IMG/VR virus record: IMGVR_UViG_2537561688_000008
Source: a virus
Taxonomy: Duplodnaviria > Heunggongvirae > Uroviricota > Caudoviricetes
DNA: 30,766 nucleotides
Strand: one strand, 5' to 3'
Within the stretch, counting starts at the first letter, position 1, and each line of letters starts with the position of its first letter. Below are positions 1-10,322 of this stretch, piece by piece. The position numbers and the translations under genes were made by a program. The notes under the pieces were generated by a model, which saw nothing but the letters and a program-made list of their open reading frames with translations, made no database searches and was not told the origin of the DNA.

Positions 1-555
1 GAGGAAGAAGTCGAGAGAGTGGTCGGCATTTACGCGCCGCATCTCGGCGCGCGTCATATTCATATCACCAGAACGACGGACTGGCGCATTGTGCCGAAAG
101 TTCCGGTCGTTGAGCCCTTGACTTTAAAAAGCGGCATCGCCGCGCCTCGGAGTCCTGTCAATAACTGTGGAAAGCTCACCGGTGGTGATACTTCGTTACC
201 GGCTCCCACACCTTCTGAGCACGCCGCAGCAGTGCTTAATCTGGTTGATGACGGTGTTATTGAATGGAATGAACCGGAGGTCGTGAGGGCGCTCAGGGGC
301 GCATTAAAATACGACCTGAGAACGCCAAACCGTCAGCAAAGAAACGGAAGCCCGTTAAAACCGCATGAAATTGCACCATCTGCCAGACTGACCAGGTCTG
401 AACGATTGCAAATCACCCGTATCCGCGTTGACCTTGCTCAGAACGGTATCAGGCCGCAGCGATGGGAGCTTGAGGCGCTGGCGCGTAGAGCGACCGTAAA
501 TTATGACGGGAAAAAATTCACGTATCCGGTCGCTGATGGTTGGGGGGATTCATAG
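1..555 (+). CDS. C-terminal part of a phage replication initiation protein (P2 gpA-like); 5' end lies outside the window
   Basis: Open frame runs from base 1 with no stop (the track's ORF 19-555 is its in-window portion). Sits immediately upstream of the cargo island and cos site, where gene A lies in an integrated P2 genome. Identity rests on synteny and recollection, not alignment. Confidence 0.4.
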   Translation, partial: EEEVERVVGIYAPHLGARHIHITRTTDWRIVPKVPVVEPLTLKSGIAAPRSPVNNCGKLTGGDTSLPAPTPSEHAAAVLNLVDDGVIEWNEPEVVRALRGALKYDLRTPNRQQRNGSPLKPHEIAPSARLTRSERLQITRIRVDLAQNGIRPQRWELEALARRATVNYDGKKFTYPVADGWGDS

Positions 556-804
556 GGCGCTTTGATTATTTCTGTGTTTGACATAGAATAGCCCCGTTAC
601 CGCTTGGGACATCTACTTTGCATTACTCTTGGTATTAGCTTTGTACAAAGGGTATAAAGGCTGCTATTGGCAACAATAGTGCTGGCATGGAGATTGCCTC
701 ATGTTAAAGCTAGTGAATGTACGCCAGTACAACCGCTACCGCTTTGGGCGTTGGGAGACGGTGCGTAAGCACCGTCGTTCTTACCCAAAACGATAATATG
801 CGGC

Positions 805-3021
805 CTAAGCGGTAACGTTCTCCTCTTCTAGTTCGTCCATCATTTTTAAATAATGCATTTCGTCACCAGTAGCTGAAAATATTGTTCTCAATTGTTTTAG
901 GTATTTATCTGGGTCTATGTCGCCCATATCAGTAATATTTACCGCATCAGAGTGAGAACCTCTGTTAATGTATCTGTAGAATGCTTTGAAATCACTGTTG
1001 CTATCGTCGCGTGCCAACTTTGTTAATTCATCTTGTAGAGCATCTGTTCTATGAACAAATGCAAAATAATATTCTAGTATGTTTCTCATAATATTAGGTA
1101 TTATGATTTTGTTTGCTTTGCCATCTTTTGCATCTTTTAATATTTGCCACAAAGATTGATATTCATTCTGTATGCTGTTTTTTTGTATTTCAGTAATTAT
1201 ACTAAAATCATTTTTCGTTACTCTACCTAGATAATAGTTTTTCTTAAATAGTTTGTCTTCTCTGCTTTTAGGAGATAGCTTAATAAGTTCATGAAAGAAA
1301 TAAAGATTGTGAGTAAGGATTAATACCTTCTTTGTTAATTCATTTTTTATAATGTGGTGATGAATAATTGATGCGATGTCGTAGACATAGTTTTGCGATA
1401 GACTAGATATTGGATCGTCAATAACAATAAAAATATCCCTGCTATCGGTATCATTTTTATCGGTTTTACCTTTACAGCACTCTAAAAAATAAAGAAACGT
1501 TATTAGTGTTTTTTCACCTTCGCTAAGAGATCTATAAACATTTTGGTTTTTTGTATGCCCTGGTCGAGATATAATGTACATATCTTTTCTTTCTGCATGT
1601 TTTTCAATACAAAAACCAGAGATCCCTAGATTTTTTAAATGGGTGTTTATTGAGTCTATCGTAGAATCAATGTTAGATATTTTATCTCGCAATGCTTTTA
1701 TTGTGAGATTATTTTCTTTTCCTTGTTGCTCAATATTATTTAATTCATCATGAACTTTCTTTTTGATATCAAAGAATTTTTCTTTGTGTTTGGATAAATT
1801 CTCTAAATCATCGCTGCAAAAAGCATGGAGAGCCCCCCAAACTTGTTTTCCGATTTTATTCTCATACTCTTTGAGTTTTTTAACCTTATCATTTATGTCT
1901 CTTATTTTTTTGTTAACAGCGTCTATGCTTTCCTGAACATGATTTTCTAGTTCTTTATCAATTTCTAATGTAACGCATGTTGATGGATTGTTGATCTTAT
2001 CAATAATGTTTATTAAATTTTTTTCTGCAATGTTTTGCAATATTTTAATATTGGAAATAATGATCTCTTTATCTTTCTCATTGATTAGTGCACATGATGA
2101 TATATTGTTTTGTATTTCGTTAAAATGATATATGGTATTTTTCTCATAAACTGACTTTATATCTGAGAGCTGTTTTACTTTCTTTGAATAACTTTCGTCA
2201 AATATTGATTTAAGGGCATTTAAAAATTCGCGACTAATAGTTTTTTCCTGACAAAACGGACATGTAGAACCGTCTAAATAATGTTCTTTACCTTTTTTTA
2301 CCCAGTCAAGATTATGAAGTTTATTAATGGTTTCTGATAAATAGCTATTGCTTGTATCTATTATAGGTGTTGCTAATGTATTTACATCATCAATTGATGG
2401 GGTATATGGGTGTAAAGGAGTTATTAATGCGGTTTCATTGTTTCTATTTTCTAATAGTATAGAGTATTCTTTTGCTATATCATTTAAATTAATAAAGGTG
2501 ATTGGTGAGGATGATTTTATCATCTCAAAAAAAGGTCTTTTATAGCCAACTTTACCTTTCATTAAGATTTTTAGTACAGAGTTTCTGATTGGTTCTGTTT
2601 TTTTCCAGATCGATTCGATGTATTCATTTTCTTTTTTTTCCATTTCTGCTTCTAATTTCAATAACACTCCTTTTTTTTGTCTATATTGCTCTGTAAGTTG
2701 CTGTTTAATTGCTTCTTTTTTAATTAATTGTTTTTCAATATCTGCATTTTCTTTACTTAATGTAAAAACACCTTTTTGTTCCTGTGCATTGTAGAAATTA
2801 TCTTCAATAAATTTAGTGTTGTAAACAAGAGGTTTGTAATTGTCAAGAAGGGTACATTCACACTCGTTATAATCTGTGTGTGTAGAGTCGTAGAAATAAT
2901 TTGAAATGGTAGATTTGCCACAACCATTTTGGCCGTATAGTATGTTTACTCTTTTTTCAAGATTCAGTATTGTGAAGGCGTCTTTCTTATAACTGGTAAC
3001 ATTTTTTAATCTAAGTTCCAT
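805..3021 (-). CDS. ABC-type ATPase with coiled-coil insert and C-terminal putative nuclease domain; RloC/PrrC-like candidate anti-phage protein (cargo island 1)
   Basis: Intact 738-aa ORF. Walker A GQNGCGKST near the N-terminus; ABC-signature-like LSEGEK, Walker B-like IFIVIDDP and H-loop-like LILTHN about 480 aa later; K/E-rich heptad-like stretches in between; CPFC motif mid-insert; C-terminal R-x3-E (RNILE) and R-x6-H (RYINRGSH). Visibly AT-rich compared with the flanking phage genes. GAGG lies 7 nt upstream of the ATG on the minus strand. Confidence 0.6.
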   Translation of the reverse strand: MELRLKNVTSYKKDAFTILNLEKRVNILYGQNGCGKSTISNYFYDSTHTDYNECECTLLDNYKPLVYNTKFIEDNFYNAQEQKGVFTLSKENADIEKQLIKKEAIKQQLTEQYRQKKGVLLKLEAEMEKKENEYIESIWKKTEPIRNSVLKILMKGKVGYKRPFFEMIKSSSPITFINLNDIAKEYSILLENRNNETALITPLHPYTPSIDDVNTLATPIIDTSNSYLSETINKLHNLDWVKKGKEHYLDGSTCPFCQEKTISREFLNALKSIFDESYSKKVKQLSDIKSVYEKNTIYHFNEIQNNISSCALINEKDKEIIISNIKILQNIAEKNLINIIDKINNPSTCVTLEIDKELENHVQESIDAVNKKIRDINDKVKKLKEYENKIGKQVWGALHAFCSDDLENLSKHKEKFFDIKKKVHDELNNIEQQGKENNLTIKALRDKISNIDSTIDSINTHLKNLGISGFCIEKHAERKDMYIISRPGHTKNQNVYRSLSEGEKTLITFLYFLECCKGKTDKNDTDSRDIFIVIDDPISSLSQNYVYDIASIIHHHIIKNELTKKVLILTHNLYFFHELIKLSPKSREDKLFKKNYYLGRVTKNDFSIITEIQKNSIQNEYQSLWQILKDAKDGKANKIIIPNIMRNILEYYFAFVHRTDALQDELTKLARDDSNSDFKAFYRYINRGSHSDAVNITDMGDIDPDKYLKQLRTIFSATGDEMHYLKMMDELEEENVTA

Positions 3022-3336
3022 TTTTATGCCTCATACGATAAAGCTTTTATTGTATGTAAAAAAGCAGCTTAATATAGCCACTTAGTGGTAAAGATCTACC
3101 TTAAGACTTTGATATGTGCAAGAGGCATATAACGTAAGTGTTCGTTGAGCCAAATGTGTTTACGCTATGACGAGTTGGTCGTTTTTTGACAATCCTGTAG
3201 GAGCTATAGATAGGCGTATATTAAGTGCGTGTTTTTGCATGTGTCAGATACTATTCTTTTTGTCAGTTTCGGTCAGTGCTGATGTGATTTCAGTTTCATC
3301 ATGCAACTGCATTAAAACCGCCCCATGAAGCGGGCG

Positions 3337-3355
3337 GGCGAGGCGGGGAAAGCAC
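3337..3355. other. cos: P2-type cos site (19-nt cohesive end)
   Basis: The sequence GGCGAGGCGGGGAAAGCAC, which I recall as the P2 cohesive end, sits about 170 bp upstream of the portal gene Q, the expected position in a P2 genome. Confidence 0.55.
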
Positions 3356-3524
3356 TGCGCGCTGGCGGTGGTGCTGATTTTATTTTTTCAGCGTCTGAGC
3401 GCGTCGTGATGGCGTTTAGATTGTTCGCCGGGGCGTTGGTGTGTCTGCGGGATGTTTTGTGCGGTGGTGAGCGTGTGAGGGCGTGATGACAGGGTGTAAA
3501 AAAGCCGCCCGCAGGCGGCGATGT

Positions 3525-4559
3525 TCAGCCGTTGTCAGGGTCCAGTGAGTAGTTTTTAAAGCGGATGACCTCCTGACCGAGCCAGCCGTTTATCTCGCGG
3601 ATCCTGTCCTGTAACGGGATAAGTTCATTGCGGACAAAGACCTTTGCCACTTTCTCAATATCACCCAGCGACCCGACGTTCTCCGGCTTGCCACCCATCA
3701 ACTGAAAGGGGATGCGGTGCGCGTCCAGCAGGTCAGCGGCGCTGGCTTTTTTGATATTAAAAAAATCGTCCTTCGTCGCCACTTCACTGAGGGGGATAAT
3801 TTTAATGCCGTCGGCTTTCCCCTGTGGGGCATAGAGAAACAGGTTTTTAAAGTTGTTGCGGCCTTTCGACTTGACCATGTTTTCGCGAAGCATTTCGATA
3901 TCGTTGCGGTCCTGCACGGCATCGGTGACGTACATGATGTATCCGGCATGTGCGCCGTTTTCGTAATACTTGCGGCGGAACAGCGTGGCCGACTCATTCA
4001 GCCAGGCAGAGTTAAGGGCGCTGAGATATTCCGGCAGACCGTACAGCTCCTGATTAATATCCGGCTCCAGCAGGTGAAACACGGAGCCGGGCGCGAAAGG
4101 TGTCGGCTCGTTGAAGGACGGCACCCACCAGTAAACATCCTCTTCCACGCCACGGCGGGTATATTTTGCCGGTGAGGTTTCCAGTCTGATGACCTTACCG
4201 GTGGTGCTGTATCGCTTTTCCAGAAACGCATTACCGAACACCAGAAAGTCCAGCACAAAGCGGCTGAAATTCTGCTGTGAAAGCCACGGATGCGGGATAA
4301 ATGTCGAGGCCAGAATATTGCGTTTAACGTAAATCGGTGAGCTGTGATGCACGGCAGCACGCAGGCTTTTTGCCAGACCGGTAAAGCTGACCGGTGGCTC
4401 ATACCATCTGCCGTTACTGATGCACTCGACGTAATCCAGAATGTCACGGCGGTCGAGTACCGGCACCGGCTCACCAAAGGTGAATGCCTCCATTTTCGGG
4501 GCGCTGGCGGTCATTGTTTTTGCCGCAGGTTGCGGTGTTTTCCCTTTTTTCTTGCTCAT
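3525..4559 (-). CDS. Q: portal protein (P2 gpQ-like)
   Basis: 344-aa ORF starting MSKKKGKTPQPAAKTMTAS, same length as P2 gpQ; divergent from O and adjacent to P as in P2. Confidence 0.9.
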   Translation of the reverse strand: MSKKKGKTPQPAAKTMTASAPKMEAFTFGEPVPVLDRRDILDYVECISNGRWYEPPVSFTGLAKSLRAAVHHSSPIYVKRNILASTFIPHPWLSQQNFSRFVLDFLVFGNAFLEKRYSTTGKVIRLETSPAKYTRRGVEEDVYWWVPSFNEPTPFAPGSVFHLLEPDINQELYGLPEYLSALNSAWLNESATLFRRKYYENGAHAGYIMYVTDAVQDRNDIEMLRENMVKSKGRNNFKNLFLYAPQGKADGIKIIPLSEVATKDDFFNIKKASAADLLDAHRIPFQLMGGKPENVGSLGDIEKVAKVFVRNELIPLQDRIREINGWLGQEVIRFKNYSLDPDNG

Positions 4560-6331
4560 CAGTAAAACTCCAGAATGGTGGATGTCAGCGGGGTGCTGAT
4601 ACCGGCGGTGAGTGGCTCATTTAACAGGGCGTGCATGGTTGCCCAGGCGAGGTCGGCGTGGCTGGCTTCCTCGCTGCGGCTGGCCTCATAGGTGGCGCTG
4701 CGTCCGCTGCTGGTTATGGTCTTGCGGATAGCCATAAACGAGCTGGTGATGTCGGTGGCGCTGACGTCATATTCCAGACAGCCACGGCGGATGACGTCTT
4801 TTGCTTTGAGCACCATTGCGGTTTTCATTTCCGGCGTGTAGCGGATGTCGCGCGCGGCGGGATAGAACGAGCGCACGAGCTGGAACACGCCGACACCGAG
4901 GCCGGTGGCATCAATACCGATGTATTCGACGTTGTATTTTTCGGTGAGTTTGCGGATGGATTCCGCCTGAGTGGCAAAGTCCATGCCTTTCCACTGGTGA
5001 CGCTCAAGTATTCTGAATTTGCCACCGGCCACCACCGGCGGTGCCAGTACCACGCATCCGGCGCTGTCGCCACGGTGTGACGGGTCGTAACCAATCCATA
5101 CCGGACGTGAGCCGAACGGATTGGCGGCAAACGGCGCATAGTCTTCCCATTCTTCCAGCGTGTCGACCATGCAGCGTTGCAGCTCCTCAAACGGGAACAC
5201 CGATGCCTTGTCGTCAACAAATTCACACATGAACAGGTTTTTAAAATCGTCGGCGCTGTTTTCGCGTTTGAGCTGCTCAATGTCGAACAGCGTGCAGCCA
5301 CCTTTCAGGGCGTCCTCAATGGTGACAATCTGCCGCCACTGGCCGTCCGCACAGAGAAGACCACCGGCAAGGGCGTTATGACTGACGTCGATTTCCACAC
5401 GTTCGGCGGCGCTGGCGCGTCCCCGGTTGAACAGTTCACCCGACCAGAACGGGTAGGCGTCGTGCGCCAGCGTGGACGGGGTGGAGAAATAGGTCGAGCG
5501 CAGGTGACTCTGTGAGGCCATACCTGATGCCACCTTACGCAGTACCTGAAAATTCGGGATCCAGAAAATCTCATCGACGTACAGGTCGCCGTTATGGCTC
5601 TGTGCGGTGTTGGAGTTGGTGCCGAGAAAAATCAGTTTTGCGCCGTTATTGCCCAGGACAATCGGGTCACCGGTCAGGTCAACGTCAACCAGCCGGGCAA
5701 AGGCGATGATGTATTCACGGAACACATACGCCTGCGTTTTACTGGCCGACAGAAAAATCTGGTTATGACCGGTTTTCAGGGCGCGCAGCAGCGCCTCGCG
5801 GGAAAAATAAAACGTCGCGCCAATCTGGCGGGATTTCAGGATATCGCGGATGCGGTGCTCAAGCCCGGCGCGATACCAGCGCAACTGATATTCGAAAGAC
5901 TGCTCAAAGAAAATCTGCTCCAGCTTTTCGATGGCCTCGTCACTGAAAAAATTCTTTTTCGGTTTGCGACGCCCGCCTTTGTTGCGGTTAGCAACGTTCG
6001 GATTAAGGTCTGCCTCGTTGCCGGTCTGACTGTAACGGTTGACCCGTGCCAGTCGTTCAATCTGGCGTCCGAGCAGGTCAATTTCCTTGAAGTCACCGCC
6101 GGTTTTCTGCGGTTTGATGATGAGCTGGGTCAGCCGCGCTTCCAGACTCATTTCGACACGGCTGATGGGAGCAACGCTGTCCCAGCCGTCGCGCTGCTTC
6201 CAGCTCTGCACCGTCGGGCGCTTCATCTGCAACATGGCGGCAATCTGCGGCACGGAAAATCCCTGCCAGTACAGCAGCGCCGCCTGACGACGCGGGTCGT
6301 GTAAAAGAGTGGTGTCTGTGGTGATGGTCAT
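4559..6331 (-). CDS. P: terminase large (ATPase) subunit (P2 gpP-like)
   Basis: Track ORF is 600 aa; start placed at the internal Met (MTITTDTTLL) with GAGG 5 nt upstream, giving 590 aa. Walker-type terminase ATPase adjacent to Q. Confidence 0.88.
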   Translation of the reverse strand: MTITTDTTLLHDPRRQAALLYWQGFSVPQIAAMLQMKRPTVQSWKQRDGWDSVAPISRVEMSLEARLTQLIIKPQKTGGDFKEIDLLGRQIERLARVNRYSQTGNEADLNPNVANRNKGGRRKPKKNFFSDEAIEKLEQIFFEQSFEYQLRWYRAGLEHRIRDILKSRQIGATFYFSREALLRALKTGHNQIFLSASKTQAYVFREYIIAFARLVDVDLTGDPIVLGNNGAKLIFLGTNSNTAQSHNGDLYVDEIFWIPNFQVLRKVASGMASQSHLRSTYFSTPSTLAHDAYPFWSGELFNRGRASAAERVEIDVSHNALAGGLLCADGQWRQIVTIEDALKGGCTLFDIEQLKRENSADDFKNLFMCEFVDDKASVFPFEELQRCMVDTLEEWEDYAPFAANPFGSRPVWIGYDPSHRGDSAGCVVLAPPVVAGGKFRILERHQWKGMDFATQAESIRKLTEKYNVEYIGIDATGLGVGVFQLVRSFYPAARDIRYTPEMKTAMVLKAKDVIRRGCLEYDVSATDITSSFMAIRKTITSSGRSATYEASRSEEASHADLAWATMHALLNEPLTAGISTPLTSTILEFY

Positions 6332-6504
6332 GAATACCTCGCCGTGATGAATACACGGCAAGGCTACTGAGTCGCGCCCCGCGATTCGCTAAGGTGCTGT
6401 TGTGTCAGTGATAAGCCATCCGGGACTGATGGCGGAGGATGCGCATCGTCGGGAAACTGATGCCGACATGTGACTCCTCTAATCACTATTCAGGACTCCT
6501 GACA

Positions 6505-7359
6505 ATGGCAAAAAAAGTCTCAAAATTCTTTCGTATCGGCGTTGAGGGTGACACCTGTGACGGGCGTGTCATCAGTGCGCAGGATATTCAGGAAATGGCC
6601 GAAACCTTTGACCCGCGAGTCTATGGTTGCCGTATTAACCTGGAACATCTGCGCGGCATCCTGCCTGACGGTATTTTTAAGCGTTATGGCGATGTGGCCG
6701 AACTGAAGGCCGAAAAGATTGACGATGATTCGGCGCTGAAAGGCAAATGGGCGCTGTTTGCGAAAATCACCCCGACCGATGACCTTATCGCGATGAACAA
6801 GGCCGCGCAGAAGGTCTACACCTCAATGGAAATTCAGCCGAACTTTGCCAATACCGGCAAATGTTATCTGGTGGGTCTGGCCGTCACCGATGACCCGGCA
6901 AGCCTCGGCACGGAATACCTGGAATTCTGCCGCACGGCAAAACACAACCCTCTGAACCGCTTCAAATTAAGCCCTGAAAACCTGATTTCAGTGGCAACGC
7001 CCGTTGAGCTGGAATTTGAAGACCTGCCTGAAACCGTGTTCACCGCCCTGACCGAAAAGGTGAAGTCCATTTTTGGCCGCAAACAGGCCAGCGATGACGC
7101 CCGTCTGAATGACGTGCATGAAGCGGTGACCGCTGTTGCTGAACATGTGCAGGAAAAACTGAGCGCCACTGAGCAGCGCCTCGCTGAGATGGAAACCGCT
7201 TTTTCCGCACTTAAGCAGGATGTGACTGACAGGGCGGATGAAACCAGCCAGGCATTCACCCGCCTGAAAAACAGTCTCGACCACACCGAAAGTCTGACCC
7301 AGCAGCGCCGCAGCAAGGCCACCGGTGGTGGCGGTGACGCCCTGATGACGAACTGCTGA
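6505..7359 (+). CDS. O: capsid scaffolding protein (P2 gpO-like)
   Basis: Start chosen at MAKKVSKFF with AGGA 9 nt upstream; 284 aa, matching gpO length and order. Confidence 0.88.
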   Translation: MAKKVSKFFRIGVEGDTCDGRVISAQDIQEMAETFDPRVYGCRINLEHLRGILPDGIFKRYGDVAELKAEKIDDDSALKGKWALFAKITPTDDLIAMNKAAQKVYTSMEIQPNFANTGKCYLVGLAVTDDPASLGTEYLEFCRTAKHNPLNRFKLSPENLISVATPVELEFEDLPETVFTALTEKVKSIFGRKQASDDARLNDVHEAVTAVAEHVQEKLSATEQRLAEMETAFSALKQDVTDRADETSQAFTRLKNSLDHTESLTQQRRSKATGGGGDALMTNC

Positions 7360-7417
7360 CCGGCGTCAGTCAGTCCGGGAAAACCTTCACGATTAACCCT
7401 TAATTTCAGGAAAAACT

Positions 7418-8483
7418 ATGCGCCAGGAAACCCGCTTTAAATTTAATGCCTACCTGTCCCGTGTTGCCGAACTGAACGGCATCGACGCCGGTGATGTGTC
7501 GAAAAAATTCACCGTTGAACCGTCGGTCACCCAGACCCTGATGAACACCATGCAGGAGTCCTCTGACTTTCTGACCCGCATCAACATTGTGCCGGTCAGC
7601 GAAATGAAAGGGGAAAAAATTGGTATCGGTGTCACCGGCTCCATCGCCAGCACCACCGACACCGCCGGTGGCACCGAGCGTCAGCCGAAGGACTTCTCGA
7701 AGCTGGCGTCTAACAAGTACGAATGCGACCAGATTAACTTCGATTTTTATATCCGCTACAAAACGCTTGACCTGTGGGCGCGTTATCAGGATTTCCAGCT
7801 CCGTATCCGTAACGCCATTATCAAACGCCAGTCCCTTGATTTCATCATGGCCGGTTTTAACGGCGTGAAGCGTGCCGAAACCTCTGACCGCAGCAGCAAT
7901 CCGATGCTACAGGATGTGGCGGTCGGCTGGCTGCAGAAATACCGCAATGAAGCCCCGGCGCGCGTGATGAGCAAGGTACTGACGAGGAAGGCACACGACC
8001 TCTGAGGTCATCCGCGTGGGTAAGGGCGGTGATTATGCCAGCCTCGATGCACTGGTGATGGATGCGACCAACAACCTGATTGAGCCGTGGTATCAGGAAG
8101 ACCCTGACCTTGTGGTGATTGTGGGGCGTCAGCTACTGGCGGACAAGTATTTCCCCATCGTAACAAGGAGCAGGACAACAGCGAGATGCTGGCCGCTGAC
8201 GTATCATCAGCCAGAAACGCATCGGAACCTGCCGGCGTCGCGTCCCGTACTTCCCGGCGATGCGATGCTCATCACGAAGCTGGAAAACCTGTCCATCTAC
8301 TACATGGATGACAGCCATCGCCGCGTGATTGAGGAAAACCCGAAACTCGACCGCGTGGAGAACTACGAGTCAATGAATATTGATTACGTGGTGGAAGACT
8401 ACGCCGCCGGTTGCCTGGTGGAAAAAATTAAGGTCGGTGATTTCTCCACACCGGCTAAAGCGACCGCAGAGCCGGGAGCGTAA
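7418..8483 (+). pseudogene. N: major capsid protein (P2 gpN-like) with interrupted reading frame
   Basis: N-terminal 195 aa (MRQETRFKFNAYLSRVAELNG...) end at a stop at 8005; the rest resumes in another frame at 8016. Span 7418-8483 is not a multiple of 3. A short internal stretch of the second ORF also reads out of frame against my recollection of gpN. Confidence 0.7.
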
Positions 8484-8486
8484 CCG

Positions 8487-9227
8487 ATGACGAGTCCCGC
8501 ACAGCGTCACATGATGCGGGTCTCGGCAGCGATGACCGCGCAGCGGGAAGCCGCCCCGCTGCGACATGCAACTGTCTATGAGCAGATGCTGGTCAAGCTG
8601 GCCGCAGACCAGCGCACACTGAAAGCGATTTATTCAAAAGAGCTGAAGGCCGCGAAAAAACGCGAACTGCTGCCGTTCTGGTTGCCGTGGGTGAACGGCG
8701 TGCTGGAGCAGGGCAAAGGTGCACAGGATGACATTCTGATGACGGTCATGCTGTGGCGTCTGGATACCGGCGATATTGCCGGTGCGCTGGAGATTGCCCG
8801 TTATGCCCTGAAGTACGGTCTGACCATGCCGGGGAAACACCGCCGCACCCCGCCGTACATGTTCACCGAGGAGGTGGCGCTGCGGCCATGCGGCTCACGC
8901 TGCCGGTGAATCGTGGATCCCCGCCTGCTGACGGACACCCTTGAACTGACTGCCACGGCAGACATGCCTGATGAAGTGCGCGCAAAGCTGCACAAAATCA
9001 CCGGTCTGTTTCTGCGTGACACTGGTGATGCCGCAGGTGCGCTGGCGCACCTGCAACGTGCGACACAGCTCGACTGTCAGGCAGGCGTCAAAAAAGAGAT
9101 TGAACGACTGGAGCGGGAGCTGAAACCGAAGCCGGAGCCGCAACCCAAAGCGGCCACCCGTGCCACGCGTAAGACCCGGAGTGCGACACCGGCAAAACGT
9201 GGACGCCCGAAAAAGAAAACCAGTTAA
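8487..9227 (+). pseudogene. M: terminase small subunit (P2 gpM-like) interrupted by an in-frame stop
   Basis: Two ORFs in the same frame (8487-8909 and 8913-9227) separated by TGA; residues just before the stop do not read like the flanking conserved sequence, suggesting compensating single-base indels. Confidence 0.65.
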
Positions 9228-9326
9228 CAACCGAATGCGCCCCGCGCCAGGGCGGCACGCCGGTCAGTGAGGGTGAATCACCTGACACTGCACCGGCGTC
9301 CACCGCCCGACTTTTCTGAGGTAGTC

Positions 9327-9834
9327 ATGATGACGCTGATTATTCCGCGAAAGGAGGCTCCCGTGTCCGGTGAGGGTACGGTGGTCATCCCGCAACCGGC
9401 AGGCGACGAGCCGGTGATTAAAAACACGTTCTTTTTTCCCGATATCGACCCGAAGCGCGTCCGGGAACGTATGCGCCTTGAGCAGACCGTCGCCCCTGCC
9501 CGTCTGCGTGAGGCCATCAAGTCAGGCATGGCGAACGAATGCGGAGCTGTACGAGTACCGCGAACAGAAAATTGCCGCCGGTTTTACGCGTCTGGCGGAC
9601 GTCCCGGCGGACGATATCGACGGTGAAAGCATCAAGGTTTTTTACTACGAGCGCGCCGTGTGTGCGATGGCGACCGCGTCGCTTTATGAGCGTTATCGCG
9701 GCGTGGATGCCAGTGCGAAAGGCGACAAGAAGGCCGACAGCATTGACAGCACCATTGATGAACTGTGGCGGGATATGCGCTGGGCGGTGGCGCGCATCCA
9801 GGACAAGCCGCGCTGCATCGTGAGTCAAATCTGA
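9327..9834 (+). pseudogene. L: head completion protein (P2 gpL-like) with frameshift
   Basis: MMTLIIPRKEAPVSGEG... begins inside ORF 9267-9626; the recognisable C-terminal half (...YEYREQKIAAGFTRLADVP...VSQI) is in a different frame (ORF 9478-9834). Confidence 0.6.
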
Positions 9835-10037
9835 TGAAGACCTTTGCGCTACAGGGCGACACGCTCGACGCCATTTGTGTCCGGTATTACGGGCGCACTG
9901 AGGGCGTGGTTGAGACCGTGCTCGCCGCAAATCCGGGACTGGCTGAACTGGGTGCGGTGCTGCCACACGGCACCGCCGTCGAACTGCCCGACGTTCAGAC
10001 CGCGCCCGTGGCTGAAACTGTCAATCTGTGGGAGTAA
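9834..10037 (+). CDS. X: tail protein X (P2 gpX-like)
   Basis: 67-aa ORF MKTFALQGDTLDAICVRYYGRTEG... starting at an ATG inside track ORF 9765-10037; correct position between L and the lysis genes. Confidence 0.8.
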   Translation: MKTFALQGDTLDAICVRYYGRTEGVVETVLAANPGLAELGAVLPHGTAVELPDVQTAPVAETVNLWE

Positions 10038-10040
10038 CGC

Positions 10041-10322
10041 ATGACAGCAGAAGAAAAAAGCGTCCTGTCGCTTTTCATGATTGGGGTGCTGATTGTTGTC
10101 GGCAAGGTGCTTGCCGGTGGTGAACCCATCACCCCGCGTCTGTTTATCGGACGCATGTTGCTCGGTGGTTTTGTCTCGATGGTTGCCGGTGTTGTTCTGG
10201 TGCAGTTTCCTGACCTGTCACTGCCTGCGGTGTGCGGCATCGGCTCCATGCTGGGTATCGCCGGTTATCAGGTGATTGAGATTGCCATTCAGCGCCGCTT
10301 TAAGGGCAGGGGGAAACCGTAA
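10041..10322 (+). CDS. Y: holin (P2 gpY-like)
   Basis: 93-aa protein with hydrophobic membrane segments and a basic C-terminus (RRFKGRGKP); first gene of the lysis cassette. Confidence 0.85.
   Translation: MTAEEKSVLSLFMIGVLIVVGKVLAGGEPITPRLFIGRMLLGGFVSMVAGVVLVQFPDLSLPAVCGIGSMLGIAGYQVIEIAIQRRFKGRGKP

Noticed and set aside
2348-2545. 65-aa plus-strand ORF inside the 738-aa ATPase gene
   Set aside because: Embedded antisense within a long intact gene; no RBS; typical chance ORF.
3698-6356. Many ORFs of 60-236 aa on the strand opposite Q and P, or in alternative frames of them (for example 3717-4175, 4631-5080, 5594-6304)
   Set aside because: They lie entirely inside well-supported genes in GC-rich DNA, where long stop-free frames arise by chance; Arg/Ala/Gly/Pro-rich low-complexity translations and no RBS.
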